From: Candidatus Helarchaeota archaeon
GTDB lineage: Archaea > Asgardarchaeota > Lokiarchaeia > Helarchaeales > RDOG01
DNA: 15,364 bases
Reading direction: 5' to 3'
Assembly: GCA_029838215.1 (NCBI GenBank)
Contig: JALGVI010000081.1
Span: forward strand, 1 to 15,364
Below the pieces are notes generated by a model. It was not told where the DNA came from. It did no database searches and saw only the letters and a list, made by a program, of their open reading frames with translations. Position 1 is the first letter of the stretch. Every line of letters begins with the position of its first letter. Positions 1-8,086 of this stretch are shown piece by piece. The translations under genes and the position numbers were made by a program.

Positions 1-1739
1 GGTGCATCATCATCAAATCGAAGAAAAACGACACCTAACTCACGGGCTTTCTTATAGAATTTTTCCTTGAAGCCGTATGTTCGAATGTCTCGGTAGAGAA
101 TGAAAACTTCCTTTTCGGGATGTTCCTGTTTAATTTTGATTGCATTCTTGATGGCTTCAGAACAACAAATTCTGCTACAGTAAGGACTTTTTTCATTTCT
201 CGAACCAACGCATTGAATCATCACGATGTTGCGGATGGACGCATCCAGCTCCCCAGCAAATAATTTCTTCTCCAATTCAATTTGTGTTAAAACACGCATA
301 CTACTACCGTATGAATATTCTGTTGGCGTGTATGGAACACCGCCCGTTGCAATAACAATCACGCCGCTTTCCAGTTCTTTGGTTTCACGTCCGTTTTGAA
401 TTATCCGAGTTTTAAAATTACCAACATAACCGTCAATGCCTTCAATTTCTGCACCCAATAAAACGTTTAGTTTCTCATGATTACGTGCAGTCTCAATTAG
501 GTTACTCAAATATTCTTGAACGTTTGCTCCTTCGATAGTTTCATGAATATTTTTCGCAAAACCGCCAAGCTCCTTTTCTTTTTCAATCAAGTAGGTTTCA
601 AAACCCTGATTTGCAAACCCGAGTGCGGCATTCAGACCCGCAATGCCTCCGCCAATTACGAGACTTTTTGGAGTAACGTTCAATAACAATCGTTGTAATG
701 GTTCAATTTTATTTGCCTTACTTACAGCCATTCGGACGAGATCTTTCGCTTTTTCAGTGGCTTTTTCGGGTTCGTGCATGTGAACCCAACTGCATTGATC
801 TCGTATGTTTGACATTTCAAATAAATACCTATTCAATCCTGCTTCACGTATCGTTTCTTGGAATAATGGTTCGTGAGTTCTCGGCGTGCAGGATGCAACG
901 ATCACGCGGTTCAAGCCATGTTCGAGAATTCTTTCCTTGATAGCGGTTTGTGTATCTGCAGAGCACGTGTACAGGTTTCTTTCCACGTATTCTACATTAG
1001 GTAATGTTTTGGCATATTCTACGACTTCAGGGACATTCACGACACCCCCAATATTAATTCCGCAATGGCAAATGAACACGCCAATGCGAGGGGGTTCTCC
1101 TTCCACGCGGATTTCTGGAGGGTATGCTTTCTTTGTTATCAACGTGTTCCGGGCAGGGGCCAGCAGGGCATTAACATGACCAGCCGCAGCACTTGCTTGA
1201 ACTACGGTTTCAGGAATGTCCTTTGGTGATGCAAAAGCCCCACAAACAAAAATTCCCGGTCTAGAGGTCTCTAATGGAGTAAATGGATGTGTCTTGCAAA
1301 AATTGTATTCATTTAACTCGATGTCAAATACTCTTGCGATTATTTCAGCATCGTTTGGAGGATTTAGTCCAACGGCAAGAACGACCATATTAAATTCTTC
1401 TTCTTTTATTTCACCGTCTTCAGTCTCATAAGAAAGAAGGAGATTCTTCGTTTCAGGGACTTCTTCAATTGATGAAATGCGACTTCGCACGTATTTAATA
1501 CCATATTCATTCTTTGCTCTTTCAATATACTTGTCAAAATCTTTTCCATACGCCCGAATATCCATCGAGAATATAGTTGGATGAACCTGATGCTGATGTT
1601 CCTTTGCAATGACGGCTTCCTTGGCAGTATACATGCAACATACCGAAGAACAATATTCTCTTGCATGATGAGGATCTCTTGACCCAATGCATTGAAGAAA
1701 TGCAATCTTTTCGGGAATGTCACCATCAGATGGTCTAAT
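1..1739 (-). CDS. hdrA: Large fused HdrA-like FAD/Fe-S protein, 3' segment after the frameshift; truncated by the window edge and absent from the ORF track
   Basis: Hand translation of the minus strand from 1739 gives 579 codons with no stop: IRPSDGDIPEKIAFLQCIGSRD...YCSSVCCMYTAKEA...PKDIPETVVQASAAA...PPRIGVFICHCGINIGG...NLYTCS...VASCTPRTHEPLF...NIRDQCSWVH...VIGGGIAG...MIQCVGSR...YCSRICC...LYRDIRTYG. These are HdrA motifs, collinear with the paralogs at 4805..6100 and 3138..4805. Confidence 0.93.
   Translation of the reverse strand, partial: MRPSDGDIPEKIAFLQCIGSRDPHHAREYCSSVCCMYTAKEAVIAKEHQHQVHPTIFSMDIRAYGKDFDKYIERAKNEYGIKYVRSRISSIEEVPETKNLLLSYETEDGEIKEEEFNMVVLAVGLNPPNDAEIIARVFDIELNEYNFCKTHPFTPLETSRPGIFVCGAFASPKDIPETVVQASAAAGHVNALLAPARNTLITKKAYPPEIRVEGEPPRIGVFICHCGINIGGVVNVPEVVEYAKTLPNVEYVERNLYTCSADTQTAIKERILEHGLNRVIVASCTPRTHEPLFQETIREAGLNRYLFEMSNIRDQCSWVHMHEPEKATEKAKDLVRMAVSKANKIEPLQRLLLNVTPKSLVIGGGIAGLNAALGFANQGFETYLIEKEKELGGFAKNIHETIEGANVQEYLSNLIETARNHEKLNVLLGAEIEGIDGYVGNFKTRIIQNGRETKELESGVIVIATGGVPYTPTEYSYGSSMRVLTQIELEKKLFAGELDASIRNIVMIQCVGSRNEKSPYCSRICCSEAIKNAIKIKQEHPEKEVFILYRDIRTYGFKEKFYKKARELGVVFLRFDDDA
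1629..1655. repeat. 27-nt exact direct repeat, copy 1 (copy 2 at 5285..5311)
   Basis: ATACATGCAACATACCGAAGAACAATA occurs at both loci and encodes YCSSVCCMY in the two hdrA paralogs. Confidence 0.9.
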
Positions 1740-2424
1740 AAGGACCGCTTGCACTCAGAATTCGCTCGAATTCAATGCTCGTCACGACATTTTTATACTC
1801 GCCATAGCCATATACTTTTAATTGCTCGGGGTTAAATTCATCAAAACCGGGCGCCAGCACGATTGCACCGACGTTGAGCTCCACGACCTGGTCTTCTCGT
1901 TCGTATTCAACAGCCCCTGCTTTACACACACCTTGGCATATTCCACAACCAATACATTCATCTCGATTGATTGAAAAGAGAAGCGGGACTGCCTGTGGAT
2001 ATTTAACGTATGTTGCCTTGCATTTCGCAAGTCTTTCATTAAATAAATCAATTGATTCAACGGGACATTGTTGTGCACAAACACCACAGCCCGTACATTT
2101 GTCGGGATTTATGTACAGGGATTTTTTTCGAATGACAACCTGAAAATCGCCAGCGGTTCCCTTAACTTCCTCAATGGTCGAGTTTATGATTAAATCTATG
2201 TTTGGATGGCGACCTGCCTCAACCAATTTCGGTGAAACGATGCACATTGCGCAATCATTCGTCGGGAAGGTTTTATCCAATTGAGCCATGACGCCCCCAA
2301 TGCTGGTGGTTTTTTCAATGAGATAAACTTTAAATCCAGACTCGGCTAAATCAAGAGCAGCTTGGGTCCCCCCAATCCCTCCTCCTAAAATTAATGTTGC
2401 ACCAATTAATATGGTCGAGGGCAA
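1735..2424 (-). CDS. hdrA: Large fused HdrA-like protein, 5' segment (FAD-binding motif plus 2x[4Fe-4S] insert); ends at a premature TAG
   Basis: LILGGGIGG Rossmann motif, MAQLDKTFPTNDC, CTGCGVCAQQCP and CIGCGICQGVC. It ends FERILSASGPY* and the expected continuation IRPSD lies in another frame. The TTG start at 2424 is uncertain. Confidence 0.88.
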   Translation of the reverse strand: MPSTILIGATLILGGGIGGTQAALDLAESGFKVYLIEKTTSIGGVMAQLDKTFPTNDCAMCIVSPKLVEAGRHPNIDLIINSTIEEVKGTAGDFQVVIRKKSLYINPDKCTGCGVCAQQCPVESIDLFNERLAKCKATYVKYPQAVPLLFSINRDECIGCGICQGVCKAGAVEYEREDQVVELNVGAIVLAPGFDEFNPEQLKVYGYGEYKNVVTSIEFERILSASGPY

Positions 2425-3136
2425 GTGATCCTTTCCCTCTCAACGTAACCACGTGTTCAAGTATCTTTCCCGAATCGATTTTGATCTCTTGGGCAAGTTC
2501 TTTTACAGAAATGGGTTTATTTTCCGCAAGTAGAATGATTTTCTGGCGGTGAAATTCATCTAGGATTGCCTCTAATTGAAATTTTTCGAAATTACCCTCC
2601 GGAATCTTTTCACCATACACGTTTTCTTCCTGTGTTAATGCACGTTTTCGACCTACGATGGCCCTCAGCCTATGATCATTAACCACCCTTTGCATTGCAT
2701 TGAGATCGATCAATAATTCCGAATTTTTCTTTTGTTTTTTAACTGGAGAGGGACCGAGGTCTTGGATGGCATTCGTGAATTTTGTTATGACTTCTGCAAA
2801 CCTAACACCTTCAGATGCTGAGACCCACTCAAGGTGAACGCGATTTGCAAGCCCTGTAAAAGCTAGCAAATTTTTAAGCAAATCGAATTTCGTTATTGCC
2901 TCGAAATTTCCTTCTAAATAATGGCAGTCGCCAGGATGACAACCCATGATTATGACACCATCAATCCCGCCCTTGATTGCCTCAATCACGAAGCTTGGTT
3001 CCACTCTTCCGCTACACATTACCCGTATTACCCGTAGATTAGGAGGATATTGAATCCTGCTGACACCCGCTAAATCGGCTCCCGCATAAGAGCACCAATT
3101 ACATAAAAAACCCAATATTTTCGGTTCAAATTCCAT
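2351..3136 (-). CDS. mvhD: MvhD-family [2Fe-2S] hydrogenase iron-sulfur subunit with a ~120-aa C-terminal extension that includes an HTH-like segment
   Basis: FEPKILGFLCNWCSYAGADLAG, VMCSGRV, GCHPGDCHY and WVSASEG are MvhD signatures. Start moved from 3184 to ATG 3136 because a GGAGGT SD precedes it and the upstream hdrA stop is at 3138-3140. The 3' end overlaps hdrA by 74 nt and may be altered. Confidence 0.92.
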   Translation of the reverse strand: MEFEPKILGFLCNWCSYAGADLAGVSRIQYPPNLRVIRVMCSGRVEPSFVIEAIKGGIDGVIIMGCHPGDCHYLEGNFEAITKFDLLKNLLAFTGLANRVHLEWVSASEGVRFAEVITKFTNAIQDLGPSPVKKQKKNSELLIDLNAMQRVVNDHRLRAIVGRKRALTQEENVYGEKIPEGNFEKFQLEAILDEFHRQKIILLAENKPISVKELAQEIKIDSGKILEHVVTLRGKGSLALDHINWCNINFRRRDWGDPSCS

Positions 3137-3137
3137 T

Positions 3138-4805
3138 TTAACTACCTCCAACAAGGGTGAGAATTTGAGACAAGATTTGATCATCAGTGAAATGCTTGAT
3201 GGTTATGGCTTTTTCAGGGCAGGTAGCGCCACAAACACCACATCCCTTGCAAAGAACTTCCTGAACCACGGCATTTCCATCGGCATCCTTGGAAATTGCA
3301 CTGAATGGACAAATTCTTATGCACACCTCACAGCCAATGCATTTTGAAACATCAACAAATGCCGTAGCGCCTTCAACTTCAATTAATTCTTTTGATAGGA
3401 TGGTTGAAGCACGGGAGGCAGCAGCGTTTGCTTGTGAAATGGTCTCAGATACGTTTGAAGGCCATCTTGCAGAACCGCATATGAATATCCCATCGGTTGC
3501 AAAATCGACAGGCCGCAATTTGACATGAGCCTCAAGAAAGAAACCATTTTCTTCTAATGGTACTTTTAACATTTGGGAAAGGTCTTTTGAGCCGGGATCG
3601 GCAATCATCGGGGTGGATAACACGACCATGTCGTAGGGAATTTCCAATTTTTCGTTCAGAAGTGCATTTGATATTATTACGCTCTTATCCAAAACAAGTG
3701 GAGGATCTTCGGGTTCATATTTGATGAAAATGATACCTTGATCTCGGACCTTTTTATAATAATCTTCAAATTCAGGTCCAGGCGTGTAGATATCTCGATA
3801 TAAAATGAAAATGTTTGAGTTGGGATTCTTCTCTCTAATGTAGAAGGCATTTTTTAAAGCAGTCATGCAGCATGTTTTGGAGCAATATGGTCTTTCTTTT
3901 GTCCGTGACCCCACGCACTGAATCATTACAACATTTTCGCGGTGAAAATCATCATTTTTGAGCAGGAGCTCAAGTTCTTGTTGGGATATTACCTTTTTTC
4001 CATCGTAATTAAAATAGCCGTGGGGTTCAAGCACGAGCGACCCAATGGCAATGATAATGGCACCAACCTTGAATTCATGTTGTCTGTGTTGATTTGATGC
4101 GTTGATGATGAAATTTCCAACAAAACCTTCAACCTCGGTTACGTGACTTGAAACATACACAGTTATATTTGGATGTTGGTTGATAGCATCAATTATTTTT
4201 AGATATTCTGAAGGATTTTGGTCATTCGGAAATAATCGAAATAAATTCGTCAGGCGACCCCCAAGACTGCTTTCTTTTTCGATCATCTTTACCGTGAATC
4301 CTTGATTTGCAAGATTCAAGGCAGCGGTCATTCCCGCAAGCCCGCCTCCAATTATCAAAACAGAAGGCGTGACACCAACACTTATTTTTTCAAGAGGTTC
4401 TAGACGTGAAGCCCGTGCCACTCCCATTCGAATTAAATCTCGTGCCTTTGCATTGGCTTTTTCAATTTCTTTTTGATGAACCCAAGAACATTGCTCTCGA
4501 ATGTTGACAAATTCAAAAAAATATGGATTCACGCCCATTTCGCTACAAATGCCTCGAAATAGCGGCTCGTGTGTTCTCGGGGTGCATGCCGCCACGATCA
4601 CTCGATTAAGGTCATTCTCTTTAATGCCGTTTCTAATTTGATTTAATCCTGTTTCTGAGCAAGTATACAAATTGTCTTGCGAGAATACAACGTTGGGCAG
4701 GCTTCGAGCAAATATTGCGAGTTTTGCAGAATCTATGATGCTCCCAATGTTGCTTCCACAATGACAGATAAATACGCCAATTCGAACACCATTCATTTCA
4801 GACAT
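3138..4805 (-). CDS. hdrA: HdrA-like subunit, stand-alone C-module (N-terminal CHCG Fe-S domain, FAD domain, C-terminal 2x[4Fe-4S])
   Basis: RIGVFICHCG, YTCS, AACTPRTHEPLF, NIREQCSWVH, IIGGGLAG, QCVGSR, CSKTCC, FFLEAHVKLRPVD, CIGCEVCIRICP, CKGCGVCGATCP. ATG at 4805 follows a GGAGGT SD and overlaps the upstream stop (TGATG). Confidence 0.93.
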   Translation of the reverse strand: MSEMNGVRIGVFICHCGSNIGSIIDSAKLAIFARSLPNVVFSQDNLYTCSETGLNQIRNGIKENDLNRVIVAACTPRTHEPLFRGICSEMGVNPYFFEFVNIREQCSWVHQKEIEKANAKARDLIRMGVARASRLEPLEKISVGVTPSVLIIGGGLAGMTAALNLANQGFTVKMIEKESSLGGRLTNLFRLFPNDQNPSEYLKIIDAINQHPNITVYVSSHVTEVEGFVGNFIINASNQHRQHEFKVGAIIIAIGSLVLEPHGYFNYDGKKVISQQELELLLKNDDFHRENVVMIQCVGSRTKERPYCSKTCCMTALKNAFYIREKNPNSNIFILYRDIYTPGPEFEDYYKKVRDQGIIFIKYEPEDPPLVLDKSVIISNALLNEKLEIPYDMVVLSTPMIADPGSKDLSQMLKVPLEENGFFLEAHVKLRPVDFATDGIFICGSARWPSNVSETISQANAAASRASTILSKELIEVEGATAFVDVSKCIGCEVCIRICPFSAISKDADGNAVVQEVLCKGCGVCGATCPEKAITIKHFTDDQILSQILTLVGGS

Positions 4806-6100
4806 CAACCTCCACGAATGAATTCTGCCGCCATTGCAGCAGCACCACTTGCTTCAGTAACGGACGTTGGAATATCACGTGGACCGTGACAACAACCACA
4901 GGTAAAAATCCCGGGAATTCCGGTTTTTAATGAATTATGAACATCAGTTTCAACGAAGTCATGACGATCCAAACCGATATTTAGGACGCGTGTTAACTCA
5001 ACCAAACCATTGCTTGGAATCATCGTGGTCGCAAGCACCACTAAATCCACTCTTTGAGACTTGAGTTCGAAAGTCGACAAGTCTTCATAGTGCAAGATTG
5101 GATTTTCCTGCTCATCAGTGGTGATCTCGCTTATGGCACCTTTAATATATTGAACTCCATACTCTTCTTGAGCCCTTTGAAAATATCTCTGAAATCCCCT
5201 GCCACCGCCCCGAAGATCAATATAATAGATATAAGATTTAGTTTCATTATCGTGTTCATGGGATAAAATTGCCTGTTTTGTTGAATACATGCAACATACC
5301 GAAGAACAATAAGGATTATTCTTGACATCTCTTGAACCAACGCATTGGATGAATGCAATGTCTTTTGGGGGCTGTTTATCAGAGGGTCTTTGGACATGAC
5401 CGAGAGTGGGTCCTGATGTTGAAAGCAACCGTTCATATTCTAATCCAGTAATGACATTTCGGTGTGTTTTATATCCATATCGTGTCATGTGGGATGGATC
5501 AAATTGATCAAAGCCCGTTGCTACGATTATGGCATCCGAATTCAATTCCATCTCGATATCTTTCTGCTCGAAATCAATGGCGTTCTTTGGACAGATCTTT
5601 TCACAAATCTTGCAAATCCCCTTATTCAAAAATAAGCATTTGTCTCTATCAATTGCCATTACAGAAGGAATTCCTTGCAAGTAATACAGATAGATTGCTT
5701 TACGCATTCTCAATTGCATGTCAAATGCATCTTCGACCTTGACAGGGCATTTTTCAACGCAATTTCCGCAATTAATGCAATCTTTCTCCTTTACGAACCG
5801 TGCCTTTTTTTGGATCGTCAAGTTAAAGTTTCCATTTACACGGGTCACGTTCTTCAATTCGGAGAGGGTGTGAATGGTTATCCTCGGATGCCTATAACAA
5901 TCGGATAGTTTTGGAGAAAGAATGCAAATTGAACAATCATTGGTTGGGAAAGTCTTGTCAAGTTGTGCCATGTGACCTCCTATGCAGGGATTTTTTTCGA
6001 TTAAATCCACGTAAATTTCCATTTCTGCCAGGTCTAAAGCGGCTTGAATGCCTGCAATTCCTCCACCAATAACCGTGACTTTTTTTATTTCATCTTGCAT
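4805..6100 (-). CDS. hdrA: HdrA-like subunit, stand-alone N-module (FAD domain with inserted 2x[4Fe-4S])
   Basis: VIGGGIAG, MAQLDKTFPTNDC, CINCGNCVEKCP, CKICEKICP, YERLLSTSGPTLGHVQRPSD, QCVGSRD, YCSSVCCMY, PRDIPTSV. Preferred start is ATG 6100 (MQDEIKK), behind a GGAGTGA SD and downstream of the hdrB stop. The track start at 6145 lies inside hdrB. Confidence 0.93.
   Translation of the reverse strand: MQDEIKKVTVIGGGIAGIQAALDLAEMEIYVDLIEKNPCIGGHMAQLDKTFPTNDCSICILSPKLSDCYRHPRITIHTLSELKNVTRVNGNFNLTIQKKARFVKEKDCINCGNCVEKCPVKVEDAFDMQLRMRKAIYLYYLQGIPSVMAIDRDKCLFLNKGICKICEKICPKNAIDFEQKDIEMELNSDAIIVATGFDQFDPSHMTRYGYKTHRNVITGLEYERLLSTSGPTLGHVQRPSDKQPPKDIAFIQCVGSRDVKNNPYCSSVCCMYSTKQAILSHEHDNETKSYIYYIDLRGGGRGFQRYFQRAQEEYGVQYIKGAISEITTDEQENPILHYEDLSTFELKSQRVDLVVLATTMIPSNGLVELTRVLNIGLDRHDFVETDVHNSLKTGIPGIFTCGCCHGPRDIPTSVTEASGAAAMAAEFIRGG
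5285..5311. repeat. 27-nt exact direct repeat, copy 2 (copy 1 at 1629..1655)
   Basis: Identical to 1629..1655. Confidence 0.9.
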
Positions 6101-6125
6101 TTCAATTTCACTCCAATCATCAAGA

Positions 6126-7028
6126 TCATGTTTGGGGTACTTCAAGCGAATTTTCTATTTCCAAGAGCAGGTTGTTAACTTTAATTCCGTGATACTTGAA
6201 GCCCAGAGTCTTCTCATCGAGCCCCATTGCTAATGCCATTAATTCTGTGAAATAAAAAACGGGAAAAGAAAAAGACGTTCCGTATATCTTGTTAATATTT
6301 TTTTGTCCGAAATCAAACTGTTGAAAGCAGGCAGGACAAACCACGGTTATGCAATTGGCTCCAGCTTCTTCCATGTTCTTCAATTTCTGGAGAAGAATCT
6401 GATTAGAAAGTTCTTCGTCAGTCTTGCTTAAGGGTGAACCGCAACAATCCATCTTTAATCTATAATTAATGCTGGTTGCCCCCACGGCAGTAACTAGGTC
6501 ATCCAAACTTGTAGGGGTAAATGGATCGTCCCACTCAATGATTTCAGAAGGACGAAGGTAATGACAACCATAATGACATGCCACTTTTAGATTTTTAAGA
6601 GGAATCACGACCTTTTCCTTGATCTTGTCTAAATTCTCATGTAATAACCGTGCGGCATGCTTGATTTCTACGGTTCCGCGATACTCCTTTCCGATCTTGG
6701 CTAATAATGCATTGACTTCGGTTTTTTTCTTTTCATCATGTTTCAAAATGTGATTCACCATTTTCAGGGTCTCCACGCAACCAGAGCAGAGGCTTATCAG
6801 CGAGGATCCATTATCTTCACACAGGCTCAAGTTACGTGCACCGAGTGCCAACCAAGTCCCGTGATCAATCGCAGGAATTCCAGTAGGGTCAGGACAACAG
6901 GAAGCATTTTCAAGATGGGAAATCGCAAGTCCCAGTTTATCAAAAACTTTCCTAGCAGAACTTTCAATGAAGGGAAGCCGTGCCGGAATCACGCAACCCA
7001 AAAATAATTGTATCATTTTTCTACTCAC
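6126..7028 (-). CDS. hdrB: Heterodisulfide reductase subunit B (two CCG domains)
   Basis: FLGCVIP, SCCPDP, LCSGC, CHYGCHYLRP, DCCG, VCPACFQQFD, PVFYFTELMALAMG. Start probably GTG 7028 (GGAGG 6 nt upstream) or ATG 7016; the track gives 7052. Confidence 0.94.
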   Translation of the reverse strand: MSRKMIQLFLGCVIPARLPFIESSARKVFDKLGLAISHLENASCCPDPTGIPAIDHGTWLALGARNLSLCEDNGSSLISLCSGCVETLKMVNHILKHDEKKKTEVNALLAKIGKEYRGTVEIKHAARLLHENLDKIKEKVVIPLKNLKVACHYGCHYLRPSEIIEWDDPFTPTSLDDLVTAVGATSINYRLKMDCCGSPLSKTDEELSNQILLQKLKNMEEAGANCITVVCPACFQQFDFGQKNINKIYGTSFSFPVFYFTELMALAMGLDEKTLGFKYHGIKVNNLLLEIENSLEVPQT

Positions 7029-7539
7029 CAATTCCCTCCTTTTTCGATTCACGATGAATTATCTTGTCAAAACCCAATTCGATCAATAAATCCTGTATTT
7101 CAGCAATGGGAACCGTTTGAATTTCGGGAAGACCGAGTTGTTGACGGCGTCGCAAAATCGCAGGATTAAAAGGAACTGCCAGTCCTTGCTCGAAAACCGA
7201 TTTACCCTGTAATTTATAGGCTTCCGGATAATTACCTTCCATCACGCAAATATTCTTGACGTGATCAAAAATTTCAGTCAATTCGACCCGCTGAGGGCAT
7301 TGTTCCACGCATTTTTGGCAAGTGGCACAATACCAGACGTTTGGTTCTTGTTTCACGATTAATTTATCCCTCAAGCCCAAGATTGCGGATTCTATGATTT
7401 TTCTGGGATTATAACGACCATTTGTCATCTTGGCGACAGGACAACCACCCGAACAGGTCGCACATTGATAACAATGGTTCAAAGAAAAATTAAATTCTTG
7501 AATTTCTCTACGAAAATCAAAATCTATTGATAATGTCAT
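7021..7539 (-). CDS. hdrC: Heterodisulfide reductase subunit C (2x[4Fe-4S])
   Basis: CYQCATCSGGCP and WYCATCQKCVEQCP; lies directly upstream of and overlaps hdrB; GGTGGGG SD-like sequence upstream. Confidence 0.94.
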   Translation of the reverse strand: MTLSIDFDFRREIQEFNFSLNHCYQCATCSGGCPVAKMTNGRYNPRKIIESAILGLRDKLIVKQEPNVWYCATCQKCVEQCPQRVELTEIFDHVKNICVMEGNYPEAYKLQGKSVFEQGLAVPFNPAILRRRQQLGLPEIQTVPIAEIQDLLIELGFDKIIHRESKKEGIGE

Positions 7540-7695
7540 GTTTTACCCCACCACACCATGAATTGAATACTGACTTGTTTTATCCGTGAAATTCCACGAA
7601 TTCGACAATTAACGAACTTAATACAATTTTCATGGTAATTTTTTAACGACTTTTCTCATTTTCGGGAACTATATATGATAAAAGTTGATGTTTTT

Positions 7696-7709
7696 CTTAT
7701 AAAAAGTTT
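7696..7709 (-). promoter_or_regulatory. Candidate TATA box for the hdr operon
   Basis: Minus strand reads AAACTTTTTATAAG, about 160 nt upstream of the hdrC ATG. The region is AT-rich, so alternatives exist. Confidence 0.35.
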
Positions 7710-8086
7710 GTTATTCATCTATACGTGACGAAATCAATAGAATGTTTGTCCTAAATTAGGAAGTAACCATGTATCTTTGATTTTATTTCTCAATCACGGG
7801 AAAAAAAACGGAATTCTCGGTAACATTTCCTTTAGAATCAGGAACAAATCCGAAATTCAGGTCAAGATTTCGGGCATCTTTATGCAATTCTCGGGAGAAG
7901 ATTTTAAGAAGAATGATGACGATTTTAGTTAGATTCTACAATAATATGCAAATAAAAACTGGAATCACGCAAAATTTTTATTCAATATTACCTTATTTTA
8001 AACTATCGTGCTTTAATCTTGTAGTCATGAAAAAAAGTTTTTGATGATTTGTAAAAAATATTTTATTCGTTATTAGAGGGGTAAAA

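Noticed and set aside
1406-1726. Track ORF of 106 aa on the minus strand, and the short plus-strand ORFs at 698..1431
   Set aside because: These are alternative-frame or antisense shadows of the hdrA frame 1..1739, which carries all the conserved motifs.
4800-4815. The two split hdrA genes as one frameshifted gene
   Set aside because: The junction is a standard TGATG coupling with a perfect GGAGGT SD and is much shorter than the linker of the fused paralog, consistent with two real genes.
1-6100. Selenocysteine recoding in HdrA/MvhD, which are selenoproteins in some archaea
   Set aside because: All Fe-S ligand positions I translated are Cys codons and there is no in-frame TGA inside any motif. 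The break at 1735 is a TAG with a frame change, not readthrough. I recognised no SECIS.
7536-7559. Tiny upstream ORF MVWWGKT* with tandem Trp codons, overlapping the hdrC start (ATGA) and resembling a leader peptide
   Set aside because: The TGGTGG comes from the G-rich SD of hdrC, no attenuator hairpins or T-tract are evident, and there is no link to Trp metabolism.
7745-7900. Short inverted and direct repeats in the divergent promoter region (CCTAAATTAGG 7750-7760, TTCTCGGGAGAA 7888-7899, AATTCTCGG at 7812 and 7886)
   Set aside because: Arms of 5 bp and a 9-mer pair are expected by chance in AT-rich DNA, and no consistent motif recurs at the other promoters.
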